DNA from: Cyanophora paradoxa CCMP329
Taxonomy: Eukaryota; Plantae; Glaucophyta
Length of the DNA: 64,000 bases
Reading direction: 5' to 3'
NCBI GenBank assembly: GCA_004431415.1
Contig: QPMI01000192.1
Location: forward strand, 108,873 to 172,872
Position 1 is the stretch's first letter, and every line of letters starts with the position of its first letter. Positions 19,858-31,146 of the stretch are shown piece by piece. The notes below the pieces were generated by a model. It was not told where the DNA came from, ran no database searches, and saw only the letters and a program-made list of their open reading frames with translations. A program made the position numbers and the translations under genes.

Positions 19858-21171
19858 TTAGCTACTTACACGACGGATACCGTCGGCACCAATTATCATT
19901 ATGTTATGAGCGAGGGCAATGCACTGAATTTGCATCTTCTGATACGCGGAGCCCGCATACCACTCCTCATTACCGACTCCTCCGGCTGTGACACCGTTGA
20001 ATTCGAAGACCAGATCGAACGCCGATGTGCCTGTGGCATCGATGTAGCCCGTGTTCTCTTGGTTGAGAAGCGACGCCTTTCCGTTTCCAGCACCGAAGTA
20101 AATGCCAGTGAGAGCGGGGTAGCTTGTGCTCTCGGTAAAGATCGCCGAATTATATTTATCTTGAAGTTCGGTCGCGGCAATCATGAGAGGAAGCGAAGTA
20201 TTCGAGTAAAGGCGGTTATTGTTGAGTTCCACATAGAAGCTTACGGCGTTGGTTCTGAGCGCACGAGGAGCCAGAACCGAGAGAGTTCCATTGTTCACCT
20301 TCGTCTTCGCGTTTTGGCGCACAGAGAATACGAGAGTGTGGATGAGACCCGCACCTGTGAGTTGCGAGAGATTGACTCGCGAACCGGAGGCGGTCGGCTG
20401 GAAATCTGTGTGTAGGAAACCGATTTCGTTGTAGGGGATCGCGATGCCAGTCGATTTAACACGGGCAATGGTCTCAGATACAACCGCCTCATCGGCATTT
20501 ACGACCTTGCAGATAATGCGGGGTTTCAGCACTTGAAGGGAAGCACCACTGTTTACGACCGAAATATTGCCAACATTGTTTACATCCTCAATGATACCAT
20601 CACCAATCGCCTTGAATTCGATTTCGACCACGATCTCAGAGTTCAGAGCGCAAAGTGGGAACATCGCCTTCTCGAAAGGAGAGGGTAAATCGATTTCGTA
20701 GGTTCCACCGACAGTGTTACCAGCGGTTCCGACAAGACCACCCACATAGCGAAGTTTCTTATCGAGTTCGCCCTGTTCGGTCATCAGTAGAAAATACTGA
20801 GTGACGAAATCCTCTGGGACAACGTAGCGGAATGAAGCGTGAGAGATTTCGATGCGCTTAATCAGCGATCCAATAACGCGAAGGTAGCCAGTGGTTGCAG
20901 CAACCCCATTCGTAAGATCAGTGAGGGTGATTGGGTTAAGATCGAGTTGCAGCGCGAGACCATTCAGGAAATGGTAGCGGGGGATTTTGAAGACAACTCG
21001 GTTGCCGAGAGCGCTGGGTGGCTCAGTGTCGGGGGCGACCAGAACTCGAAGTGGCTTAGTGCCAGAGGACGTTCCAATGACCAGCGACTTGTTTAGGAAA
21101 TAATCCTTGTAGTCATCGGTGGTGAGCATAGATTTCAGCGTTGGGCGCTGGAATTGGCTGTTAGTCTCCAT
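19858..21171 (-). CDS. Major capsid protein (double jelly-roll, PLV type)
   Basis: 437 aa, beta-rich, between ATPase and minor capsid genes; N-terminal VVFKIPR..L.L.LDL and C-terminal IALAHNIMIIGADG typical of DJR capsids; homologue in element 2. Confidence 0.75.
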   Translation of the reverse strand: METNSQFQRPTLKSMLTTDDYKDYFLNKSLVIGTSSGTKPLRVLVAPDTEPPSALGNRVVFKIPRYHFLNGLALQLDLNPITLTDLTNGVAATTGYLRVIGSLIKRIEISHASFRYVVPEDFVTQYFLLMTEQGELDKKLRYVGGLVGTAGNTVGGTYEIDLPSPFEKAMFPLCALNSEIVVEIEFKAIGDGIIEDVNNVGNISVVNSGASLQVLKPRIICKVVNADEAVVSETIARVKSTGIAIPYNEIGFLHTDFQPTASGSRVNLSQLTGAGLIHTLVFSVRQNAKTKVNNGTLSVLAPRALRTNAVSFYVELNNNRLYSNTSLPLMIAATELQDKYNSAIFTESTSYPALTGIYFGAGNGKASLLNQENTGYIDATGTSAFDLVFEFNGVTAGGVGNEEWYAGSAYQKMQIQCIALAHNIMIIGADGIRRVSS

Positions 21172-21218
21172 GAGCGTTTCTTCTCTTATCTTTGGGATCA
21201 GAAAATAATTTAAAGGGC

Positions 21219-22145
21219 TTAGTAGAAATTCATTTCGGGCGGTGCGTCGTAGGTTTCGATCTCAAAAGTGAAATAATGCGCCCAAACCCCGAAATCTAAG
21301 AGAGCGCCATCATGGTCGATGAGTTTAATCGTCAAGCGGTCGAACGATTTTAATTCGCGGAATTCTCGAATGAGAGGCACCGTAGTGGACGTGTCGAAGT
21401 GGTAGATATCACCATGTTCGAGTTCCTGTGGGATTGGAATGCGCATGAAATAACCATCGACGTGCTTGTTGACTGAGCGAATAAACGGCGCAAATTCGTC
21501 AATATATAGCCAGATCATCGCCGCCGGGGTCTCATCTCCACGAGTATAGCCGCGAATGCGCCGATTGAGTGTCACAGTTCCCGTCCCAGGATTGAATACA
21601 AGGAATGTATCGCTTGCAAAAGGGGTAAATGTCTCGTAAACATATAGCTGAATATCTTTGAAACCGAATATTGCGAGTTTCTTAGCGATTGCTTTGCGGT
21701 TACTGGATTTTCTGAGTGTTTCAGGGGAAGCTTTGGAGAACTTGAACCAAAAGTTACTATCACTGAAAAACTCATAGATCTTTGAAGTAGTATTATAGCG
21801 GCATTTAATATATTTTCCACCGAAATCTGAAAGGCGAGCTGCTTCGAGTCTTTCTGTGACTTTTGCGGCAAGGTCGTCTTTGGTGTAAAATCCTTTGGGG
21901 ATTGTGATGGTCACGAATCCGGAATCCGAAGCTGTGACCGAGAAATAGAGTTCCATGCGCTCGATGGTTGCACCAGTGGCGTCTATATCGTTTGTCACGG
22001 TCGAAAGAACATTGGGAACCGTTGCCTGCACCAGGCGCACCGATTTTACGTTGTCATAGCGACGAGGTAATGTCACTACATACTGGTTTGGCTGAGTAAA
22101 CTCCTCATCGCGATCATCGCTCGAAAAGCTCAGGTATTCTTTCAT
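21219..22145 (-). CDS. Minor capsid (penton) protein 1
   Basis: SSDDRD..YVVTLPRRYDNVKSVRLVQATVPN and FDRLTIKLIDHDG.LLDF..HYFTFEI; start set at MKEYL by homology. Confidence 0.75.
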   Translation of the reverse strand: MKEYLSFSSDDRDEEFTQPNQYVVTLPRRYDNVKSVRLVQATVPNVLSTVTNDIDATGATIERMELYFSVTASDSGFVTITIPKGFYTKDDLAAKVTERLEAARLSDFGGKYIKCRYNTTSKIYEFFSDSNFWFKFSKASPETLRKSSNRKAIAKKLAIFGFKDIQLYVYETFTPFASDTFLVFNPGTGTVTLNRRIRGYTRGDETPAAMIWLYIDEFAPFIRSVNKHVDGYFMRIPIPQELEHGDIYHFDTSTTVPLIREFRELKSFDRLTIKLIDHDGALLDFGVWAHYFTFEIETYDAPPEMNFY

Positions 22146-22161
22146 CTTACTATAATAGATT

Positions 22162-23007
22162 ATGAAAAGAATAACAATAAATTGCGACAGTAGAGACCTT
22201 GAAAACGGCGTGCTGCACTTGAAAACGCGCCTTAATAATGTAAGGCGATTTCGTGTGCTATCAGCTGAGATTCCCAATAGCTCTTATGTTGTTCCGCCCG
22301 ATCAGACAATAACTATAACGCTTCTTAACGAAGAGCCCACAGTAATCCCCGCATCCAAAATGATAGCACCGATTCCCAGCGTAAACGATTATTATTACGT
22401 CGATGCTGATAACGAACGATATCCGAAAGAGAGAGCTTTAAACAGTGATGCTTTACTCGGATTTGCGGGCGGTTCTTTTAATCCACTCGGTGTCTTCCCG
22501 GTTTCCTATTCTCTCGCTCTATCTACTAACCGCTTCGTGTTCTCGTCTCCAAACAGCCCGTTTACATTAGAGTCCTCCGACCAGGAGCTCTGTGATTGTC
22601 TCGGCATAGAACCCGGAGTGGTTTACGCCAGCACACCAGAACCAGTGACGGTTCCACTCAGAGATTACCCGAGTCGCTACGCGATTATATGCCCGAAAAT
22701 GGTCGACTTTAATGCAATTCCATATATTTACCTTGATATCGAAGAGCTCCGCCCGTTTACCAAATTCGCAGCGGTTACTGGGAGACAGAACAATTTCGAC
22801 GACTCCTATCTATTGCGAATTCAGATGAACTCGGACTTTGGTAGATATTCCTTTTACCACGAACCGAGCGCAAGCATCCCTTTCGTAAATGTCACATCGC
22901 AACTCGATTTAGATCGTCTCACAATATCGCTTCGAAAATGGCGGGGCTCTGTTGCGGATATAAACGGTCTCTCATACTCGTTCCAGCTCGAAGTGATCAC
23001 CGATTAA
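22162..23007 (+). CDS. Minor capsid (penton) protein 2, paralogue
   Basis: INCDSRD..NVRRFRVLSAEIPNS and LDRLTISLRKWRG..DINGLSYSFQLEV. Confidence 0.75.
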   Translation: MKRITINCDSRDLENGVLHLKTRLNNVRRFRVLSAEIPNSSYVVPPDQTITITLLNEEPTVIPASKMIAPIPSVNDYYYVDADNERYPKERALNSDALLGFAGGSFNPLGVFPVSYSLALSTNRFVFSSPNSPFTLESSDQELCDCLGIEPGVVYASTPEPVTVPLRDYPSRYAIICPKMVDFNAIPYIYLDIEELRPFTKFAAVTGRQNNFDDSYLLRIQMNSDFGRYSFYHEPSASIPFVNVTSQLDLDRLTISLRKWRGSVADINGLSYSFQLEVITD

Positions 23008-23013
23008 GCGCTG

Positions 23014-24507
23014 TCACACGTAATAGCCCTCGAAATCAATTCGGCATGCCGAAGCTACGTTCGTCGAGAGCACCCAGATTACGAGGGTTCTCACAGATCT
23101 CGGGTTTGCTAAGAAATGTTCGTCAGGATCGGCACTTCCGGCTATTTGATTTGCATTGGTAAACACTCTCGTCGCGCCGGCTTCTGTGTATGTTACAAGC
23201 GCCGAAACTCCCGGAGTTAATTGGTAATCGATCTCAAACGTTTTAATGTAGTTTCCATTCGCAGCCGGCTTCATTTTTATAGAGGAAAGCATAAACAGAC
23301 GCGGGAAATCGATGCGTAAGTAATTGCCTCCCGACCTACTACCTTGCGGCGGGTTAGTAAATCCCACCCACCCCGTAGCATTTGACCAGCGGGCATCAGA
23401 AGCTGTGCCAAATTCCGCAATAAAGGCGCTATTATCGAGCGGCACCCAGTTAGACTCCGGGGGTGCGCTTACATCTGTGCACCCGGACAGATTAATAATG
23501 GGAACGTCTCCCTCTGATATATTCATCGTCAGCACTGAATACATCGCATTAAAATACGTTTGCTGTGCGGAAACAAACGCGAGCGCTTCCGTTTCTAAAT
23601 ATTGCAAGTGCGTCGTTGTGATAGTATCGAGGGTCATTTTATCTTTCGGTAAAGGAACGCTCAGCTTATAGTAGCGATCGTAATTCTGATCATCGTTTCT
23701 GGGTAAAAGTTCCAGTAGCTTTACGTGGGCGTTTAGATCACTCGACTCTAAGAACATGCTGAGAATTGGCGATCCTGTGGCGCTTAGCATCCATTGCACG
23801 ATCCCCCAATTTTTCATAGTGTCGTACGAATATCCAGATGTCGCCTTATCAGAGTCTTGGACGTGACCCGCCGTAATCGAGACCACGATAAGCTCCTCCT
23901 CGCAAGAGTTTCCGAATAAAGTGCGGGCGAATGTGTAGCCGCAAACCCCGGGCGAATTATTTCCACTCATGCAACCATCAATTAAACAGTATGTTCTTCC
24001 GGCGACTGTGACTTGTTTCGGCTCGAAATAGGTCGGAGCAGCCGAGGTAGCCCTTGCAGCATCGCGCACAAGCATCCCATTAATATCTTCATCATTGCTT
24101 GAAATAAAAACGGGGGACATTTGAACCGTGTCGAACGCAGTCACGATGGTGGGTTTATAGAGATCCGCCATAGTCGCTGAGCCGCAGAGTTCCAGAGCCA
24201 CAGCTTCTAAATTCGTGGCTTCATACTTGGGGCGTTGCACAATCGATGTAAGCACTCGTGGATTCGCGAAAATCAGCGGTAGTTTCGCTTTGTAGAGCGC
24301 CAGAATATCAGTAGCAGTATATTTAGGGGCGCCATCGGTTCCCTTGATATTCAAAAGGAGCGCGATTAATCCACCTGTGGATGTTCCCGCAAAGCAGTCG
24401 AATAGCTGTTGGATTCGTTTACCGGTTTGGGCTTCAATCTGTGCCAGTATAGCAGCCTCGATTATTCCACGCGACCCTCCACCACTCAGACATAAAACGG
24501 TCTTCAT
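23014..24507 (-). CDS. Patatin-like phospholipase with C-terminal discoidin (F5/8 type C)-like domain
   Basis: LSGGGSRG, AGTSTGG, RATSAAPTYF, LIDG; C-terminal NYLRIDF..YIKTFEIDY..CRIDFEG. Confidence 0.88.
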   Translation of the reverse strand: MKTVLCLSGGGSRGIIEAAILAQIEAQTGKRIQQLFDCFAGTSTGGLIALLLNIKGTDGAPKYTATDILALYKAKLPLIFANPRVLTSIVQRPKYEATNLEAVALELCGSATMADLYKPTIVTAFDTVQMSPVFISSNDEDINGMLVRDAARATSAAPTYFEPKQVTVAGRTYCLIDGCMSGNNSPGVCGYTFARTLFGNSCEEELIVVSITAGHVQDSDKATSGYSYDTMKNWGIVQWMLSATGSPILSMFLESSDLNAHVKLLELLPRNDDQNYDRYYKLSVPLPKDKMTLDTITTTHLQYLETEALAFVSAQQTYFNAMYSVLTMNISEGDVPIINLSGCTDVSAPPESNWVPLDNSAFIAEFGTASDARWSNATGWVGFTNPPQGSRSGGNYLRIDFPRLFMLSSIKMKPAANGNYIKTFEIDYQLTPGVSALVTYTEAGATRVFTNANQIAGSADPDEHFLANPRSVRTLVIWVLSTNVASACRIDFEGYYV

Positions 24508-24550
24508 TATCTTATATACTTCTTATATATCTTCTTTGTTTATAAAGAGG

Positions 24551-27500
24551 ATGTCGTTCCTGAATCCGCGACCAGACGCACGAGTTATTAATTCGACCAC
24601 TCAGATAGAGGACACTGATCAGGTAAACACTGAAATTCGCGGGTCTCTGAAAATAAACTTCAATGCAGACCGCGAAGATCCAGTCAGTGGAACACCGAGC
24701 AGACCCGCAGCTTTGCAGTTAATGAACGTCGAGAAAGGGGATCATAAACTTGGAATCGACTTTTTACTTGATGATAACGAACGAAACAGAGTCGCCAGCA
24801 TTCAGGCAACCCGCCAGCTACCGAAAACGGTGCGATATAATCGTAGGAACATCCCGAAAGCATTCGATAGAGGTCGCTTAAACTTCTTCATTCAAGATGA
24901 GAGCGGTTTCCAAAATGCAGCTATGAGAATCGTGGATAATAGCACACTTATAGCGGGAGTATCCACACGGAAAACAAAGGTAGAGGTCGTCCATGATCTC
25001 TCAGCAGGTAATCTAACGACGAGTAACATTACAGCAAGTAACATCACTACGGATACCCTAAATGTAAACTCGCTCAACTCCGAGTCGTTTTTCGCCACCA
25101 ATGTCGCAACCTGTAACCTAAACATCGAATCCTTTGTGATTCAGAAGAGCGAATCGGTTCCCCAGATAACAGAGGGTGTTTTCACATTAGACCCCGCGAA
25201 ACCGACCTTAGAAATTGTCGAAAATGGGAACGTTGTCGATATAATTGGCGCCAATGCTCCGAATGTGAGATCCTTAGCACTTGATAAAACGACTATATCA
25301 TTTGCAGAAGAAATTCCGGCTTTTACCACAGAGAAACAGGCACTGAGAACAGACCATGTTCACATAACCAGAGACAATATAAACGATCTTTTAGGCAAGG
25401 ACATCGTAAAGGCGTTTTTGGAGTTTGAAAGGAGCAAGAACACCAAAGATTCCAGCCAGGATGGAACCCTCACGACCCACACAACCGAAATCGCGGCTTT
25501 GCAATCAGAAATTAATGCTCTGTTTGCAGCAGATGGAGCGCTTGCAATTACCTTAGCCCATATTCTGTCGAAAAGGAACATATACCCCGCGACTGACAAC
25601 ACATACCGAGTTGGTTTATCGAATCTGAGATGGTCAGAGTTGCATGGAGTTTCCATGTTTGCCTCCAATTTAATCCTTCCATTTAATCACTCACTCCGAC
25701 CCAATCAGATTCTCACCAGTGATAATGCACTGATCAGCTACACTGACTTTAATAGTAACCTTTCCCGATCAGTTTCGCGAACTGAGACCTACACTGTCGA
25801 GGGATACCCTCAGCAGATTGCGAATGGGGTCTTTGTCGCTTATGTAGGCAAACCTACATATACATTCACTTGGGATCAGTTGGGTGTCACAGGTTTCGAG
25901 ACGACTATACCCACTGTTTCATTGGTGGATCACACTACTTATTATAATCCTATCACTAACAATAATGAATCGAATAAAGCATTTATTCAAAATGTCACCT
26001 CCACAGGGTTTCAGGTTTCGTTTGTCATTAACGAGACATACAATTTACTTATCATCCGAAACAACTTGTTGACTTCCGAAGCTACTATTAGTTTCACTCT
26101 TAACATCAATTATATCACCCCTGAATTCGATAGCAAGCCCAAAGTAAAGGTTTACCGAGATTTACAAGGTAGCAATATCGTGCCCTTCTCACAGAATTTC
26201 GATCTTGGCGCGAACTCTTTAAGGTGGAACACAGTTTATTCTTTGAGTGCAAACACCTGTAATATTGTAGTCGCAGGTTCATCGGCTACTATTGGAGATC
26301 TGACCGCCCCTTTCAAAAAGGAGTATCTTAAAGAGCTGTATATTACAAAGTCTGATTTACCAGATGCTATTTCGTTGGTGCTCTCCCCGACTCCCAGTAT
26401 ATCCTATCACAATGTGAAAGACACCAGTAATGTAGTGCAGAGGGGAAGCAAAGTATTCCAGGCATCCGAGATATCAGCAACAACATATAGATACCTTGCA
26501 GCGGTTCCAGCGAATTTTAATTTCACATTTGAGACACCATTTGTTTCCCCTCCTACTATTGAAATAACTGACACGAATTTGTATGTGATCAATAATGGGT
26601 CGACCACCTCTATTAACAATGCACCAGCCGGCTACTCCCCATTTGTTGCAACTAACATAACAACCACCGGCTTCACACTTGTCGGAAATGCAACAGTGAC
26701 ATATGCTCTTACAGCATATCCTGTTGGGTTGTATTTTGCGAAATTTAATCTTTCAGCGATCCCACCTGTGTCCCTTTCTCCTCCCTTTACTATCAATTGG
26801 AAGGCAACAGGAACAATACCTCGGTTTGACTCCGAAGATCGATTAAAAATAAGGTATCCTCTCGATGTGACCGACCTCCATACTACGAGAATAAATGGGC
26901 AGAATTTCGTATTTAATGGAACCAATGCGACTCTGATCGATAATCGAGTTACAAATAATTACTTTTTCGATTCTCGATATATTAATACTTGCAACATTGT
27001 CATACAGAACACGTTTGAGAATCGAAGTAAGACCTTAACAGTCACCTTGCCCACTCACTCGAATGTCTCAGATGGATTTTACTATTACCTGTTCAATCGC
27101 AATTACACCTCTTATATTCCATATCCTCTGAGACTGTGGACATGAGCTATCCCAAAGTCACCCTAACATCGACCAATGCTCACTTCTTTGGATCCACGGA
27201 CTTTATGACCTTCTTTGCTTTCACATCCTCTACTGATGGGCTCTTAGTTTATTACACTTTCAGATATGATGCTGTTTGGACTCAGCTTGACAGCCACCCA
27301 AATACAGATGTAATCGAAGTGGGCGATAAGAAATATATAAAAACCGCTTCCCCATGGGTGTGCACTGTCCGGCTCGATGACAGATACACTCCCAACCTAA
27401 ATAACATTGGAATGCACTCGACTTGCAATATTTATGTGCAAGGTGCAATTTCGGCTACCAAATATTTCGAGGGTGGGAACTGTGATGCAGCCCATAGGTT

Positions 27501-28271
27501 GCTATCGAGAAATGGGCTCTTTGAGTCATTTAGTGGGACAGCTCTACCGCCATTTATCAGGGACACAGTCTATGATACTACATGCAATATTTGGGTGTGC
27601 CGATCTGTGAGCAATCCACCTGTGACAAAGGAATTATATAAATATCTCTCAGATACCTATGGTGCAATTACAGGGTCTTCAACAGGAAATCCAGCAACGG
27701 CTCCCATCGTGTTTGCGAATGCATACACAGCGCCGACATCATTAGCAGGGTCGACAGAACCGCCACCAAACGATCCCAATCCAAACACACCTAAGCCAGA
27801 TCCCGATTCAAAAGATCCCCTACAACTGATCCAGATCCGAACACGACACCTAATAATCCCTCAAATCCTACAAATCCAGTCGGATCGCCAGGAATGGATC
27901 CAGGAACGTTAGTGCTTCTCATTCTCTTGCCGATTCTCGGTGCTCTTGGACTTGTGCTTGCATACAAATTCCGAGCTCTATGTTGTGCTTGCATAGACAG
28001 AACCATTGCAGGAGCAGGTAATAAATACTCAACACCAGAGCTTAATGTGACCCAAACAGCCGAAGGAGATGTGGGGTTAGAGGTGAGGTCAGCCGAGGGG
28101 CATGGTCTTAGTGTTGTGAGAACTGATCAACCACCAGCAAGTAGGGCAGCACCCAAAAAATCACGAGCAGAACGAATGGCTGAATCAATAATAAAAGATA
28201 ATGCAGACTTTATGTCGGAGATTGCACAGCGGGAAGGACGAGTTTATGAGCATGTTCCGAATGTTATGTAG
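24551..28271 (+). CDS. Large fibre/spike-like protein with Pro-rich stalk and C-terminal transmembrane helix, split into 3 ORFs by two probable single-base deletions
   Basis: ORFs 24551-27145, 27136-27912 and 27894-28271 overlap. TCNI repeats span the first two; the Pro-rich linker continues in the third frame from the CCCC run at ~27817; fibre-like motifs IYP..YRVG..RW and IVP..FDLG..RW. Confidence 0.65.
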
Positions 28272-28309
28272 CGATCCTAATTTTTGTAGTATGCCTTAAT
28301 AGAGAAATA

Positions 28310-29773
28310 ATGACGGAACCCATAGTAGAAACGACAGTAAAGAATGCTGTATTGGATAATCAATTTTATATAACCCATGCCAATATACCCAGTGAATCCA
28401 ATGACCTAATTGTTAATCTAAAAGGCTATGTGATGGGAGCTATGGCTTCTAACCTATGGAATGACCTTTTCGGTTACGAGTTTGGTCACATCTATGACAT
28501 TGCAAATGGGATTGGCTATGTGGATGCAATGGCAGGCACAGCCTTTCGCAATTTAAATTGCAACTGTGTGGGAGGGTGGATGTTTCAGATCTGTTCAAAT
28601 GTCGATCCTACTATTGATCCCGCCACGATTACCTTTGATTGCAATCTGTTTGCCCCCAAAACGATTTTCTCCATCACTTGCAATCTCGTTAATTCGGATG
28701 TGCCCATTGTGGCACCTGTAATAGGTGCATCAAATATGTATATCCAAAGAAATCCGGTCGTGCATACAGGCGCCGAATTTATATTAGGCGACAACACCCC
28801 AATTAGTCGACTCGAATTGCCCACGAATTTCACCTTTAATCTCGTGGATGAGTTCCCTAACAGTCAAAGTCTTATGTATTTCACCTCTGAAAATCGCCTT
28901 TCGGGTGCATTCTCACCCATTGAGCTGTCTATACCGAAACAAAAGGTGAGCTATAAAGAGCTTACAGATGTGCCGGCGGGATTTAGTGGGAAGTGGAGTG
29001 ATATCATTCAGAAGCCGACTTGGAGTAGTGTAGCATACACAGGAAATTACTATGATCTTGTAAATCCTCCCGATTTCACAAGCTATATACCTCGTTGGAT
29101 TGATCAAGGTGTAATTATATCAGAATCTACACTCCCTTTCAATGGGACATGGGATAGGTTATTTACTAAGCCGAATTTGCATGCTGTTGCCACAAGTGGT
29201 GACTACAACGATTTAACTAACACCCCCAATGCACCGACCTTGCATGCTGTGGCTACAAGTGGGAGCTATACAGATTTAGTTAATACACCTAACCTCCACG
29301 CTGTGGCTACAAGTGGAAATTATGATGATCTGATTAACACACCTACTTCGCCACCCACTCACAATCACAGCATAGAGTTGCTCACGAATTTCGGTAGTTA
29401 TGTGAATCCAAATGCATATGTGCAACAAGGGACAGCGAATGTAGTTTTGGAAAATAGAATATACAATGCAGGAGAGACCTTTCAGTTATCGGGAACGGTC
29501 GTATTCTCTACCCCATTTTATAGTGATGCAGTGATTACTACCTCTATCGAGAATAGCTACAACTCTGTAAATTGGGAAATGACCAACTGTGTGTATATCG
29601 GACCTGAGTATGTTAATAATGAGAGAGTAGGACTAAAAACTAAGTTTACATGGATCGTTAGATTCACAGCTTTCGCATCGACTAATTTCACAAATGTCAC
29701 AGCAGCAAATCGCACCCTTAAACTCCATTGGATTGCTGTCGGACCTCTCCAAAACAATAATATTCTCACATAA
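28310..29773 (+). CDS. Fibre protein with phage tail-fibre-like LHAVATSGxYxDLxNxP repeats
   Basis: Three clear and further degenerate repeats; C-terminal GTVVFSTPF..HWIAVG head domain. Confidence 0.75.
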   Translation: MTEPIVETTVKNAVLDNQFYITHANIPSESNDLIVNLKGYVMGAMASNLWNDLFGYEFGHIYDIANGIGYVDAMAGTAFRNLNCNCVGGWMFQICSNVDPTIDPATITFDCNLFAPKTIFSITCNLVNSDVPIVAPVIGASNMYIQRNPVVHTGAEFILGDNTPISRLELPTNFTFNLVDEFPNSQSLMYFTSENRLSGAFSPIELSIPKQKVSYKELTDVPAGFSGKWSDIIQKPTWSSVAYTGNYYDLVNPPDFTSYIPRWIDQGVIISESTLPFNGTWDRLFTKPNLHAVATSGDYNDLTNTPNAPTLHAVATSGSYTDLVNTPNLHAVATSGNYDDLINTPTSPPTHNHSIELLTNFGSYVNPNAYVQQGTANVVLENRIYNAGETFQLSGTVVFSTPFYSDAVITTSIENSYNSVNWEMTNCVYIGPEYVNNERVGLKTKFTWIVRFTAFASTNFTNVTAANRTLKLHWIAVGPLQNNNILT

Positions 29774-29794
29774 TAAGTAAAGAACAATCAAAAG

Positions 29795-30826
29795 ATGTCG
29801 ACTGTATTCACACCTGTGTTTTCCTTATCAGCCAGTGCTGTCCATAATGTGCAACACACAGTCTATGATTTATCTCCGAGCCACCCTTCGACTGAGACAG
29901 CGAAAACCGATTCTTTTAATGACCAAAGCATACTCAGAGTCAAAGAACTCAGAGCTGACAAGATTGATGGACTCGTTAAAGCTACTCAAATGATCGTATC
30001 GAATCGACCCGCAATCTCTTCGGGGCTGGTCACCAAAGAAAATCTATATGAAGGTCAACAGGATTCCAAAACGGCTTTTAATCCGGCTGATAGGAATTCG
30101 GCGGCTTTCCAAGTTTACAGTGGCGGGGCATGGATTGGGACTGGACTGAGTGTGAATGGGACAGTGACAGCAACTTCTTATGGGGCTGTGAATGCAACCA
30201 CTGGTGGATTTACTGGGCTCCTAACAGCAAGTGGTGGAATCAAAACGAATTCAATTGATACTGTGGGTGCAAGTGATAATGTCGTGATCAAGAGAGGTGG
30301 GGCAAGCATTGCTTCTACATTTACAGCCACTACAACTAATTCAACATCCGGAGCAGTTGCAGGAACTTACACTTGGAACGGTTTATCTATTAATGGAACA
30401 AACTCTTATCTTGGGACTCCAAACCATCCTCGATTTTTTGCGGCACTTAATTCAATTAAAAGCACGGTTGGGGATGTTTCTTGGGGTCATGTTTTTCTAA
30501 ACAATGGCAACCATTTTAATTCAGGATCCGGAGTATTTACAGCACCTGTTACAGGTTGCTATAGATTCCTTCTGAATGGAACAACAGGAGCTTCCACAGA
30601 ATCTGTGTCAGTTTCGATAAAAGTAAATAATGCGAATCCAATATCTGTTAAAAATACTGCAATTGTAGGTTCAGTGGGAGTAAATGCATATAGATCTATC
30701 AACCAAACAATGTTAATCAACTTATCTGCGGGTGATACTGTGAGACTATATCTCGACGGTGGTTCATTGATTGGAAGTGAAAATGCACATACATTCTGGA
30801 CTGGTGAATTAATTTCGGCATTATAA
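29795..30826 (+). CDS. Fibre protein with C-terminal C1q-like domain
   Basis: PRFFA..NNGNHFNSGSGVFTAPVTGCYRF..LSAGDTV..TFWTGELI. Confidence 0.82.
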   Translation: MSTVFTPVFSLSASAVHNVQHTVYDLSPSHPSTETAKTDSFNDQSILRVKELRADKIDGLVKATQMIVSNRPAISSGLVTKENLYEGQQDSKTAFNPADRNSAAFQVYSGGAWIGTGLSVNGTVTATSYGAVNATTGGFTGLLTASGGIKTNSIDTVGASDNVVIKRGGASIASTFTATTTNSTSGAVAGTYTWNGLSINGTNSYLGTPNHPRFFAALNSIKSTVGDVSWGHVFLNNGNHFNSGSGVFTAPVTGCYRFLLNGTTGASTESVSVSIKVNNANPISVKNTAIVGSVGVNAYRSINQTMLINLSAGDTVRLYLDGGSLIGSENAHTFWTGELISAL

Positions 30827-30834
30827 GTAAAAGA

Positions 30835-31098
30835 ATGTCGAACATCTACCAAGTGGTTCTAACTGATACTGAGAAACTGGGAATGGAATACTGTGCCTAC
30901 TCTGTTCAGGATTGGATCGATAATGCTGCTCATAATAGGGCGAGAATCGCGATTGATGAGATTGTGGACAAAGAAGTTAAATCGTGTATTGCCGCTGGAA
31001 TTCCGATTCCACTCACAAAGGAGGCGATTGTAGAGCAAGCATTTAATCGGGGGACTGTTCGAAAGGCAAGCGAAATTCCTGTGAGTGCTCCTATGTAA
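30835..31098 (+). CDS. Small protein resembling marine phage proteins encoded next to C1q-type fibres
   Basis: LTDTEKLGMEY..DWIDNAAHNRARIAIDEI; recognised from memory, not searched. Confidence 0.6.
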   Translation: MSNIYQVVLTDTEKLGMEYCAYSVQDWIDNAAHNRARIAIDEIVDKEVKSCIAAGIPIPLTKEAIVEQAFNRGTVRKASEIPVSAPM

Positions 31099-31146
31099 AG
31101 AGAGATGGGGTTTATTGTTATTTTTCATAGATCATGCATAAGAAAG

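Noticed and set aside
19555-20415. 286-aa plus-strand ORF
   Set aside because: Antisense shadow of the capsid and HNH-AP2 genes.
22146-24550. Longer starts in the ORF track (22277 for penton 1, 24344 for the spike)
   Set aside because: The extensions overlap neighbouring genes; homology with element 2 supports 22145 and 24551.
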